A program made the translations under genes and the position numbers. 64,000 nt of DNA from Macrostomum lignano (taxonomy: Eukaryota): NCBI GenBank assembly GCA_002269645.1, contig NIVC01003394.1, positions 35,976 to 99,975 on the forward strand. The letters run 5' to 3'. Below are positions 24,325 to 35,652 of this stretch, one piece after another. Position 1 is the first letter of the stretch; each line of letters starts with the position of its first letter. Below the pieces are notes generated by a model that saw only the letters and a program-made list of their open reading frames with translations, was not told where the DNA came from and made no database searches.

Positions 24325-25338
24325 TCAGCAAATTGTCGCTCTGATGACAGTCAAAATGTCAGCTCGGCATTTCGGGCAGCTCCGGACCTCAGCGGTCAGG
24401 CAGCGGCTGCAGAAGCAAAAGTGAGCACACGGCAGGATCACTCGGTCCCGGTTGCGCGTGAAGCACCGCTGGCAGAGCGGACTGTCGCTGCTGCTGAGGT
24501 CCGGCTGGCTGAATGATGACAGTTCAGAGACTCGACGACCCGAAGCCGGAGAAGTCTCAGCTGATTGGGCGGTCGGCTGTCGATCTTCAACTGGGTGGTT
24601 CTTCGTCGAGGTGTTCGCATCGATGAACTTTAGCCAGCGACAGGAGGCTGCGCTGCCGACGGTGGCATTGGCTTGCTTCACGAGCTGGATCAGCTCGCCA
24701 GACCTCAGTTCGGCATCAGCTGTAGCCTGGAAAACATGAGCCGCAGCAGCCAAGGTTAAATCGAACTTTGAGAATCCGAACGATTCCGCGAGCAGCACAG
24801 ACTGATTGTTGATGGCGTCCTCGACTTGTCTGAACAGCGATTCAAATCTGAGTGAATCGGCGACCTTGGCGGACAATCGCTTATCGAGAAGTTGCAGCAG
24901 CCGCAGCAACTGGCAGTCGGGTTTCTGGCTGATGTGCCACCGCTCGGGGTCATCCGCGATCAGCCGGTCAGCAGGGACTCTGCACTGGCAGTAGCAGCAG
25001 CTGGCACCGTCGCCGCCGATGCTGTAGAATCCAGACTGCGCCCACCGGCAAGCCGCGGCGCTGTCGAGGACGCTCAAGAATGACTGCAGTCGGGTGTTGA
25101 AGTCGAGCTGGAGTCGGTTGGCAGCCACGGCGTGAATGACGAGCAAGCGGCCGACCACAGCAGCGCTCACAGAGTCGCTGTTTTGCTGCAGAAGCTTCTC
25201 AGCGCAGTTCAGATGCCAGGGACACAGGAGCAGCAGCTCCCTGGCTTGAAGCAGCAGTCGCCATGCAGAGCTCGCGGCTTGCCTTCGACAACAGATTGTC
25301 GGCTCCGAGGCCCAGTCGTGCCATTGATGAGGGTCCAT
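24325..25338 (-). CDS. IAP-like gene 5, intronless BIR-UBA-RING protein (start uncertain)
   Basis: Motifs FNTRLQSF...AQSGFYSIG..ASCCYC-x17-H-x6-C and LAESFGFS...SGELIQLV. RING CQRC...LPCAHFCFCSRC...CPKC. An alternative ATG at 25417 is in another frame. Confidence 0.85.
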   Translation of the reverse strand: MDPHQWHDWASEPTICCRRQAASSAWRLLLQARELLLLCPWHLNCAEKLLQQNSDSVSAAVVGRLLVIHAVAANRLQLDFNTRLQSFLSVLDSAAACRWAQSGFYSIGGDGASCCYCQCRVPADRLIADDPERWHISQKPDCQLLRLLQLLDKRLSAKVADSLRFESLFRQVEDAINNQSVLLAESFGFSKFDLTLAAAAHVFQATADAELRSGELIQLVKQANATVGSAASCRWLKFIDANTSTKNHPVEDRQPTAQSAETSPASGRRVSELSSFSQPDLSSSDSPLCQRCFTRNRDRVILPCAHFCFCSRCLTAEVRSCPKCRADILTVIRATIC

Positions 25339-25730
25339 CACCGTGCTCCAGCGGCCGACTTGTCAGATCGTTTGCCTGAGACTGAGAGTTGGATCCCGTG
25401 AACTGTGCTTGAGTCATGTGTTGCTTCTAAAAGTGGACGTTGGTGACAGGGTGCCGGCTACTAATAAGTAGTCTAAGTGATCTATTTTTAGAAACAAAAC
25501 TGGAACACTGCCAAGTTTTTGAAGTGCAACTGGAATGCTGGGCAAAAAATGGTCTGTGCGTCGTCAACTTTGCTTTCTACCTAAGTAGTCCGTACTTCAA
25601 ACTGTATTGATACCTTGTTGCACCTCTTTTATTATAAATGATTTAAATTATTATAATTTTAAAGACGTACGATTTGTGATGAATTTCTTTCAGCAATTCC
25701 TAATAACCTAAAATCCTAATATTAAGTGTC

Positions 25731-26950
25731 CGCCCCCGTCGCGGTACGGTGACGCAGATCCTGGCCCTCCGCCGCATCATCGAGGAGGCGCGCATCCACC
25801 AGTCAAGCCTTATCGTCATCTTTGTTGACTTCCTCAAGGCCTTCGACTCGGTGGCGCGCGGCGCGCTGCCTCACGTGCTCCGTGCCTACAACGTACCGCA
25901 GCAGCTGATCTCCGCCATCATGGCGCTGTATCAGGACACCACCGCCGCGGTAGCGACGCCAGACGGACCGTCGGAACTGTTTAGCACGACCTCCGGAGTG
26001 CTACAGGGTGACACTCTGGCCCCTTTCTCTTCGTGCTGGTGATGGACTGGGTGCTCAGGACCGGCCTGCCGACATCAGAGGACGGCTTTCTGCTGCAAAG
26101 GCGCACCAGTAGACGGCACCCGGAGAAGAAACTGTCTGTCCTTGGCTACGCGGACGACCTCGCCCTGCTGTCTTCGACGGCCGAAGGCGCCCAACGGCTT
26201 CTGGACGGCCTGACTGCGGCGGCGGCGAGGGTCGGTCTCGTCATCAACGCCAGGAAGACCGAGGTGCTGACGGTGCCGCATGATCTACCCGCCGAGATTC
26301 GACTTCGAGACGGCGACGGCCCCGGGACGGCGCTCCCGAAGTGCCTTCAGTTCGTCTACCTCGGCGGACTGGTGCCGGACGTCGGTGACGACCTAGCGAG
26401 ACGGCGCGGCAAGGCCTGGGCTGCCTTCCGATCTGTGCGGGCGGTGCTGCTCTCCGAGGCCCTGTCCGACGGCGCCAGGTCCCAGCTGTTCCAGGCGGTT
26501 GTTGAGACCGCCCTGCTGTACAATGCTGAGACCTGGACGCTGACCGGGGCGCTTGAGGCGCAGCTCGACGCGGCGCATGCGGCCCTAGTCCGCGCCGCTT
26601 TCGGCGCCCGCCGCGGCCCTGGCAGCGAGACAACCGAGTCCCTGTACAAACGCACAGGCCTGACGCGGCCTTCTGCCCTGCTGAGTCAGCGGCGCCTGCG
26701 GCTTGCCGGACATGTCATCCGGGCCGAAGCCTACTGCCCAGAGCCGCTGCAGGACGTCCTGATGTGGACCCCGCAGGGACCGCGCAGACGTGGTCAGGGA
26801 CGGTCAGCCCGCTACGTCGACCGCCTTTTTGAAGATGCGCGAGCACCCAGCCAGACGGCCGGTGTGAAGCACATTAGAGACCTGGCTCTGAAACGCGCGA
26901 TTTGACGCTCCCCCTTCTTGGCCACTCCCGTGGCTGGCGTGGGGCGTAAC

Positions 26951-26977
<27 letters not shown>
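25731..26977 (+). mobile_element. 5'-truncated RTE-like non-LTR retrotransposon (RT fragment, frameshift near 26026)
   Basis: RT motifs VDFLKAFDSV, GVLQGDTLAP, GYADD. (ATT)n tail. TSD TATTAAGTGTC at 25720-25730 / 26978-26988. Confidence 0.92.
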
Positions 26978-26983
<6 letters not shown>

Positions 26984-27824
26984 GTGTCAATCATACACGT
27001 ACTCGTATAGAGAAAGGCGCAAGTGTCCACCTTACCTTTTCAATTCGTTTGTTTTTATTAAAGCCAATAATTTTTCAATGCTTTTCGGACGTGTCGACAG
27101 TTATGAAGAGCTTTCTTACAGCACTGCAATGCGCGTGCAGTGCTGTATAGGGCTTTTTTGTGGTTGATCCAGGGCTTGTCCGAGGAAATTCCCGGGCTGC
27201 ACCGGGGGCATTTTGCTGCGGCCGTTCATGCCGCATTCTATTTTTAGATTCTTAGAAGACTTGACGCGTTCTTTGATTGGTACATTTAGTCTACTGTGTG
27301 ATAAGTAATCCAGATTGGTGTTTGCATGATATGGCAACAATTTGAGCGTTACAATTTATGCATGAACTATGCTTGAACGCAGACTCGTGTGACGCTTTAG
27401 TGTATGCATGAGTACAGCTTGTGCATACGGCCTTGGCATGGGCTATTTTTAGCAGATTACCTGATGTGAGCTGCTGCAGGGGAGGGGGTACTAACGTACT
27501 TACGTATTTCGTAGAATTTAGGACGATGTGGTGTTAAAGAATCGACGTAATCTAGTTCGAATGAAAATCAACGATCATATTTCTGTCCGATCGTGTTGTA
27601 TTACTTGAGCAGCGCAGAGTAAAACATGAGACCAGGATCTCTCATTCAGGAAGTGAATGCCTGCAGTGCCTGAATGATGGCACCGCCGCACCGAGGTCCG
27701 TTGAAGTCCGTCTAAGCGGGCGCACAGTGCCAAGTGGCTGCAGTGGCTGCTGCCTGTCTGCAGAGACCTGAGATCCGGCGCTGGGTCAGAGGGCGGTCTG
27801 GAAACGGTGCTTTTAGTGATGAGC

Positions 27825-28470
<646 letters not shown>

Positions 28471-28994
28471 TGGTTGTCATGGGATTCACAGCCATAAGGG
28501 CTAACCCACAAGACACTATAAGAGTGTACATGCCTGACCAATTAGAAAGTCAGCGTTGCTGTACACCGTGTTAGCGTGTGTTTTGAGTGCGTGCGTAACA
28601 GTATACGCGCCTTTGCTTGCGCTCAGGAGTCAGCGGAACGGGCAGAATTGCTTGAAATGGTTGTGGGACGATGTACACTTCAAGTTGTTGCTTCAAGGGG
28701 TTGCTTTATGCGGATATATATTGTTATTATTAGTCTCCACAGTGAAGTGTGTACTTTTAAAAAATCAAATGTTAATGTATCAAAAGTTCTTTGACAGTTT
28801 GACTTTGCCCACACTGGCGATGTTTATCTTGGTTTATGATAACATTGAGGTTTGCTGGTATGCAAAACTGTAGCATAAGCATTTTGCTTCGAAATGAGCA
28901 AGTGCCAAATTAGTTGCTTTTCGCATTGGCAGCGTCTTCCTGTTCATTAGCAGCTGCCTACGCTCGTAGTGTAGTTCAAATATTGTTGAAGCGA

Positions 28995-29181
28995 TCAAAT
29001 CCACTCGACTCCCATCTGTAGTTTTGAACCAAACAGCTTTCTGAGATGCGTCAGATTCTGGAAGTAGAGGCTTGTTCCCACATCATCGTAGACTGCGCCA
29101 ATCTTTTTTATGTCGTGCACGGCGATCATGGGTTGCGTCTTGTCAGTGACTGGGTCCATGTTGTTCGGGTCGGAGCAGTAC
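28995..29181 (-). CDS. GT32-type glycosyltransferase, putative last exon
   Basis: Acceptor cacccaag|G at 29181. Translation YCSDPNNMDP...MIAVHDIKK...* has a late 'VH' as expected near the GT32 C-terminus. The upstream donor phase is unresolved. Confidence 0.5.
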
Positions 29182-29256
29182 CTTGGGTGATGAATTGAAA
29201 AACACAGGTACAAATTCGATGACGAGTCTTTGTCAAGTTAGCCTACAGAAGTTAGT

Positions 29257-29540
29257 GAGGGTTGTGGCCTAGTGGTTAGAGCGTCGGACTCACGAATGAA
29301 AGGTTCGATTCTCGATACACCTTAAAACAATTTGTATCCTTGAGCAAGACACTAAACTCTGCCTTGCTTCAGCTCACCCAGCTGTAAAGTGGGTGCCAGC
29401 ATTAGCTGGGGTAATTGAGGATGTGTGGCGACCCCCCAGTCCTTGGACTGAACAGCCGTACGACAGAACAGCTGCGGCTGAGCTGTCGGTTGCACATCTG
29501 CCTATTAGGCCAAGTGTAATCAATCATATTATTATTTTTA
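29257..29540 (+). mobile_element. tRNA-derived SINE
   Basis: A box TGGCCTAGTGG, B box GGTTCGATTC, and the shared central block. Confidence 0.85.
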
Positions 29541-29649
29541 TCAAGTTGGCTAACTGAAGATGCTAAAAAGTTTTGGTAACAGTTCATGCGCTTTGTATGA
29601 CTGCATATAAAGCTTGAAATTTATTAAGATCGGAGCAACAGATTGCGAC

Positions 29650-29830
29650 CTACTCAGAGCACCAATTCTAAAACCTGCTCAAGCACCAATTCTAAAACCT
29701 GCTCAGAGCACCAATTCTAAAACCTACTCAGAGCACCAATTCTAAAACCTACTCAGAGCACCAATTCTAAAACCTACTCAGAGCACCAATTCTAAAACCT
29801 GCTTAAGCACCATTTTAAAACCTACTCAAG
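29650..29830 (+). repeat. About 25-bp tandem repeat (CTCAGAGCACCAATTCTAAAACCT), about 7 copies
   Basis: Directly visible. Confidence 0.9.
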
Positions 29831-29942
29831 CGAATAAACGGCTGCTCTCAAGTCATTGCAAGTCTAGAAAGTCAGTGAATACCAAAAATAGCCATAAGTT
29901 CCTTTCTCACTTTTGCAGCGGCTCAGGCCAAGTTCCACTGAC

Positions 29943-30380
29943 TTGTTTGCAAGAATTCTTCAGCAAAACCAGTCGCATAGGCATATAGACGCTGCCTGAT
30001 GAGTTTAACTTGTTGCCCTCATAGGGATAGAAGCTGTACGATGGCGGGATGTACACAGTCTCCAGTGGACTGCTGGCCACAGGACATGCCGCACTGTACC
30101 GCTCCAGTATTGCAGTCAGGCCGAATGGACCGGCAAAGCTGAGCGGGCTGCCCCTGGTGAATGGCATCATCTGCAGACAGTTGATGCAGTGCCGATAGAA
30201 GCTGTGCCCGGGAGCGGCCATCAGGAAGGCGGGATTGTCCAATGTTCTCGGGGGCCACTGGAATTCGAAATACTGCAGCGAGTGAGCTTCGGGCTCGCGG
30301 GTCACCACGGCGTAGAAGCGACGGTGGTCGTCCAGACTGGCAGTCAGACTGTAGTCCAGGTCCGCGTACACGCCTCCGTA
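29943..30380 (-). CDS. GT32-type glycosyltransferase, exon 2 (DxD motif); 3' boundary approximate
   Basis: Acceptor cttgcag|TAC at 30380 (phase 0). Translation YGGVYADLDY...NPAFLMAAPGHSFY...SFAGPFGLT...SFYPY shows the Gly_transf_sug/OCH1-SUR1 family pattern. Confidence 0.85.
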
Positions 30381-30615
30381 CTGCAAGTAGTAGAGCCAGT
30401 TTTTAACCCGGTAAATTTGGCGCGTGCCTTTATTTTATGACTAGCCAAATAATGAAGGTTGCACCTCTTCTTTTCCTCGGTGGAAAACTAATACTCTGCA
30501 TAAAGTCATACCTCGACCCAAAAAAGCGGACACGAATAGTCAACTTTTCTCCGGTCTCAGCCCCCCCCCCCCAAGTCTTAAAGGGAGGCTTTGATGCCAA
30601 GAGGATGCTGATATG

Positions 30616-30942
30616 CTCAGCAACATCGAAAAGTCGCCATCACAGAAGATTCCGTCTGTGGTCGCCACTTTTAAGAGTGCAGGTAAAGTCTCTCAATCTT
30701 GCGAGTGACGCATTTTGGATGGATTAAAGCTACCCTGATCAGTTTTCTCGTATCCTTTATTTCAGAATAGTCCAAGAGAAATTGCTCATTGGCGCATAGA
30801 GTGGCGACTTTTCAATGTTGCTGAGTACAGTTTATACTCAACAACAGTTGAAATTCCCACCCGCCAAGCAAAGATATTTTCATTCAGTTTCTCTCAACTA
30901 CGCGTACTTTGTACAGGTGGAACTTTTGACTGTTGCTGAGTA
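30616..30942. repeat. Internally inverted dispersed repeat (MITE-like)
   Basis: ctcagcaacatcgaaaagtcgcca (30616) is inverted at gtggcgacttttcaatgttgctgag (about 30801-30825), with a further partial copy near 30921-30942. Confidence 0.55.
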
Positions 30943-31290
30943 TATTGAGTAATTCCTTAAAACTGGCTCTTCCCAGCGTTTTTTTATTGATTTAACAAAT
31001 TCTATACAGCTTCAAATTCTAAAATACACCACTCTGCTATCAATTTTGAACGAATTTGATTTTCACTCAAACTATAAATAAGAATTTTAATTGGGACAAT
31101 CCGGTGGATTGCTGAGCGTTTTGCAGAACAGTTAAATGTAGCTGTGGCCGAACTACTGCTGTTCTTTTTAACCGCTGTTGGCATAACCGAAAGTATTGCT
31201 ACTCTATGAAAAGTATTGAGGCATTGAGAAATGTTCAAATTTTGCAATTTTTCTATATAGTCTAATTTTTATCCAAGAGTTCATTCATAC

Positions 31291-31806
31291 CTTGAACAGC
31301 AGCATGTACCTGACCATGTCCACCTGCATGATTGTATACGGCGCCAATTCCATGAAACGTGGCAGCGCGCCAGGAAAATGCTTCTTCACAAACGGCTGCA
31401 GATCTTGGTCACGCCAAAGCACCACAGTCCAGTCCGGGTGAACTCGATGCCAGGTTTTCAGTTGCTCAGCGAAATAAGCGGACACGGATTCATTTTTCCA
31501 TAACAGGTGTCGAATAGGTGGAATGGGATGATGGCCATCTGCCCGATGTGAACTGCTGGCCAGCGGCAGGTGCTTGAGGTAGGCAGCCTTGCAGTCGAGA
31601 TCCTGGCACACTGTGGGCAGCTGTACATCTTTGCTGATCATCCGCAGGTGCAAAGTGGAGTTGTTGCTACAGTAAACTGATACAGACGACAGAAAGAGCT
31701 CAGTTGCCGTTCTATTAGAGAAGCGAAACAACCAATAAAATAGCGTACAGGTGAGGCTTGCGGCCGTTGCTAATTGCAGTAGAGTCCTGATCTGGCACCG
31801 GACCAC
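31291..31806 (-). CDS. GT32-type (DxD sugar-binding) glycosyltransferase, exon 1, type II membrane topology; start codon uncertain
   Basis: Hydrophobic N-terminus, then IPPIRHLLWK...TWHRVHPDWTVVLWRD...QVDMVRYMLLFK. Donor AAG|gtatga at 31290 joins YGGVYADLD. Confidence 0.82.
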
Positions 31807-32295
31807 TGTGCATCTTCTTGGAGAAATTTCGACTTGAATGTTTGAATTTCAGCATGAAAATTATTGCCGCAAAGTTTTCAACTTGAGCTGGGTGTAACGC
31901 TATAAGAGCGTATATCTATCAGCTAAAAGGCGTGCAACGACTGTCTCAAACAGCTTCTCCTGTTGGCTGGCGCTTTGCGCGCCGTATATTGAGGCCGGGA
32001 GATAAATCGGAGTGGAGTGGACTGCAGTGGAGTTGCAGTATGAAACTCAATCCTAGGCTAGATAGATAAGAGCCTTTCTGTTCCTCCCTTATCTTACTTG
32101 TGTTTCTACAGATTCCTGAGCCGGGGGCAATGCTACGAACTCGTAAAACTTAATCCAGATCCTTCAAGAAACCCAAGGAAAAACTGCACATTGAGGTTGG
32201 AAATAAGCTTTATAATCAAATAAACTCGACACTCAAGGGCAGAGGAGCTCTGTGGTAAACATTCCCGGCTCTCGTGCCACGATCCCTGGTTCGAT

Positions 32296-32308
32296 AGACA
32301 GACTGACT

Positions 32309-32352
<44 letters not shown>

Positions 32353-32355
32353 CTA

Positions 32356-32388
<33 letters not shown>

Positions 32389-32391
32389 CTA

Positions 32392-32452
<61 letters not shown>

Positions 32453-32455
32453 GGC

Positions 32456-32500
<45 letters not shown>

Positions 32501-32503
32501 GGC

Positions 32504-32568
<65 letters not shown>

Positions 32569-32570
32569 CT
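32296..32570 (+). repeat. (CAGA)n microsatellite
   Basis: Directly visible. Confidence 0.95.
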
Positions 32571-32657
32571 TAAAGAGTTAAAAAAGCTATATAAGCCCTT
32601 TGTAAAATTCTTGTGTAAGTCTGACTTTTACTTGAAGTTACAGTTCGAAGCAACTTC

Positions 32658-32900
32658 ATGACTAAACGCAAGCGAAAGATCACCAAAGTTAAAAGTAGGC
32701 AACGCCATAAACATGAAAGTGCGCTCGATAGAGAAAAGAAACTCCGGTTGCAACGAGGAGTGAGTCATAGTCGGTTCGCTGAAACTGACGACGAACGGAA
32801 TTCCAGACTACAAGACGCTGGAATTGGAACCCTGCGGCCACCCTGCTGAACTCTTCGATTTACAAAGTCCCAGAAATGCTCGGTGGGGTTTCATATCTCG
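32658..32900 (+). pseudogene. Possible decayed Helitron Rep N-terminal fragment
   Basis: R/E-rich ...DREKKLRLQR...RFAETDDERNSRLQ followed by IGTLRPPC*...KC resembles the Helitron N-terminal repeats plus a Cys cluster. The similarity is weak. Confidence 0.3.
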
Positions 32901-33386
32901 GGGAGACTTTGACGGCCTGCTTAAATTTGCGAATTGTGTTGCGCAATACCCCTCTCCTCTGATCCCTTATGCCGCACACTGCATAGGCGTCTGGGCGTTG
33001 GCAGCCATTTCTGAATCATTTTTCGATGTCTATAATTCGAGTATTTCAGAGGGCTGTCTTTAGCTCATACACTTTTGGCTATGGCCATAGACAAATCAAT
33101 AATATTCCATTGTACTTGCTCGCGCACAAGTTCATCCACTAAATAGTAAAAAAATCGATTGTCCCAGCGACTGTACTGAATTCGAACTGGAAGGATGCCC
33201 TTGGTAGACCTTAAAGTCGTAGGCTTCTATAGCTAAGGCCATAGACAAAAAATATTATTTAAAAAAATATTCTCTGATTATAATCGCTGCCGCACAAGCT
33301 CATCTACAGCAACATTGCCTCAAAGAGAGAGAGAGAAAACTCAAAAAAACAAGTTTGAAGCAAACATTCTGCCCAAACGAACAGCA

Positions 33387-34589
33387 ATGAAAATAAAAGG
33401 CTTCTTTCTTCTGGCCTGTGCATCGATTGCGCTAATCATTGTTGCTAATCTCTTTTATAGGAAACAAACTGCCCCACCTTGGAGTCGTATCTTTTCCTGG
33501 CGAAAAAATTGGACCGCTTCAAAGACACATCTCATTTGAGGCGAAGGCCTGACCACTGCGGAGTCGCTACCAACGCTGAGCGATGTCGAAATTAGTTGGG
33601 GTTCATGTCACGTCGACTTCATGAACCCCAGCCTGCGGCACCGGCTGTGTCAGCAGACGCCGGCCTACCAGTTAGTTAGGGGCAAGTTTCCCCTGTGCGA
33701 GCTGAACAGGGACTTACCGCAGCCGCTGTAAACCATTGTCAGGCAAGGGTCCCCTGTGGCCAATGTGACCCGAGCGATGGGTGGCCCTATTCACCTTCGC
33801 TATGTCGGGATGTCGCTATTCACCTTCGGCAAGGAGGACTTAATTTCCGGCCATATGCTAAAAAGCGGCGCATGGGAAACTGAGTTGATTCGGACCATGC
33901 TCAACCTGTTAAAGAAGTTTCCGACAAACTCTGTGACTTTCCTCGATATCGGCAGCAACCTTGGCATCTACAGCCTGCAGGCCAGAGAGCTTGGGTATCC
34001 CGTGGTGGCCATCGATGCGAACATCCGCACGCTGGTCAGGCTGCAAATGTCAGCGAAGCGGCTGAACTTGCTTGACGACAAGCTGAGGCTCTTCTGGGGC
34101 TTCATCGGCGACGACGTGGCGGTCAAGCGGATGAGTTGGGACGCTGACGACGTAGATTGCAACGTTGGAAGCGCCTCAGGCGGAATGGCTGACTGGAAAC
34201 AGCAGGTCAAGAAGTCAATCGAGGACACGATTCCCGTGACGACTGTGAAAGCGGACGAGCTTCGAGCGCACATCGGCACCAAGAATGTGGTCGTCAAGAT
34301 GGACATCGAGTCCGGTGAGCACCTGTTCATGAAGACTGGCGAGAGACTGTCCAGCGAGCTCAACATCATGGCGCTGCAGATGGAGTTCTGGCGAAAAAGC
34401 GGTCGCCCACAGCAATCGAACAAATATTTCGAGTTTTTGACGAGCTTCATGACCTCAAGGAACTTCTCTCTGCTGTCCATGAGTAGCTTCCGAGTGCAGA
34501 ACATCTCTACATTCAGCGAATGGGACGGACTGTGGGTCAGGAACGACTTTCTGGATCAAGTTGCAAGAAAGGTTGAACAAACTCGCTGA
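33387..34589 (+). CDS. FkbM-family SAM-dependent methyltransferase with an N-terminal signal anchor; two in-frame stops upstream of the catalytic ORF
   Basis: FLDIGSNLGIYSL (motif I), VVAIDAN and VVKMDIESGE are FkbM/Methyltransf_21 motifs. The same frame runs from MKIKGFFLLACASIALIIVANLF (33387) through TGA 33537-39 and TAA 33729-31. Confidence 0.75.
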
Positions 34590-34699
34590 CAAACTAGAAA
34601 TTAAAGGGTCAAATAATTTCGATATCTCGCATTGTATGGTCCAATTATTATATTCTCCTAATTATTGTTGAATTGTTAAAATTTACTCCAACTGCAACC

Positions 34700-34982
34700 C
34701 CTCTCTAATACTCCCACTCCTCTCTAACACTCCCACTCCTCTCTAATACTCCACCTCCTCTCTAATACTCCACCTCCTCTCTAATACTCCACCTCCTCTC
34801 TAATACTCCACCTCCTCTCTAATACTCCACCTCCTCTCTAATACTCCACCTCCTCTCTAATACTCCACCTCCTCTCTAATACTCCACCTCCTCTCTAATA
34901 CTCCACCTCCTCTCTAATACTCCACCTCCTCTCTAATACTCCAACTCCTCTCTAACACTCCAATTCCTCTCTGATACTCCTC
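34700..34982 (+). repeat. 19-bp tandem repeat (CTCCTCTCTAATACTCCAC), about 15 copies
   Basis: Directly visible. Confidence 0.92.
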
Positions 34983-35145
34983 TCTAGAATCCAAACAAGA
35001 GAAATTCTCAGGTTAAAAGAGTACTAACGGACGGACAACAAACTCTGAGGCTTCATATTTAATTTGGTATCAAAAAAGCTCGAACTGCAGGACCGGAGAA
35101 TTTCACGTGAATTAGAAACTCAGTGTGGATATGTGTATGTGTGTC

Positions 35146-35652
35146 TTAATTTATTTGCAGTCTTAATTTATTTGCAGTCTTAATTTATTTGCAGTCCTAA
35201 TTTATTTGCAGTCTTCATTTGTTTGCAGTCCTAATTTATTTGCAGTCTTCATTTGTTTGCAGTCCTAATTTATTTGCAGTCTTAATTTATTTGCAGTCTT
35301 AATTTATTTGCAGTCTTAATTTATTTGCAGTCTTAATTTATTTGCAGTCTTAATTTATTTGCAGTCCTAATTTATTTGCAGTCTTCATTTGTTTGCAGTC
35401 TTAATTTATTTGCAGTCTTAATTTATTTGCAGTCTTAATTTATTTGCAGTCTTAATTTATTTGCAGTCTTAATTTATTTGCAGTCTTAATTTATTTGCAG
35501 TCTTAATTTATTTGCAGTCTTAATTTATTTGCAGTCTTAATTTATTTGCAGTCTTAATTTATTTGCAGTCTTAATTTATTTGCAGTCTTAATTTATTTGC
35601 AGTCTTAATTTATTTGCAGTCTTAATTTATTTGCAGTCTTAATTTATTTGCA
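35146..35652 (+). repeat. 17-bp tandem array (CTTAATTTATTTGCAGT), about 30 copies, at the 5' end of the RTE element
   Basis: Directly visible. It ends about 15 nt before the ORF ATG at 35668. Confidence 0.95.

Noticed and set aside
26905-26982. SINE 3' end derived from the (ATT)n-tailed RTE
   Set aside because: Only the simple tail is shared; I could not align the 3' UTR sequences.
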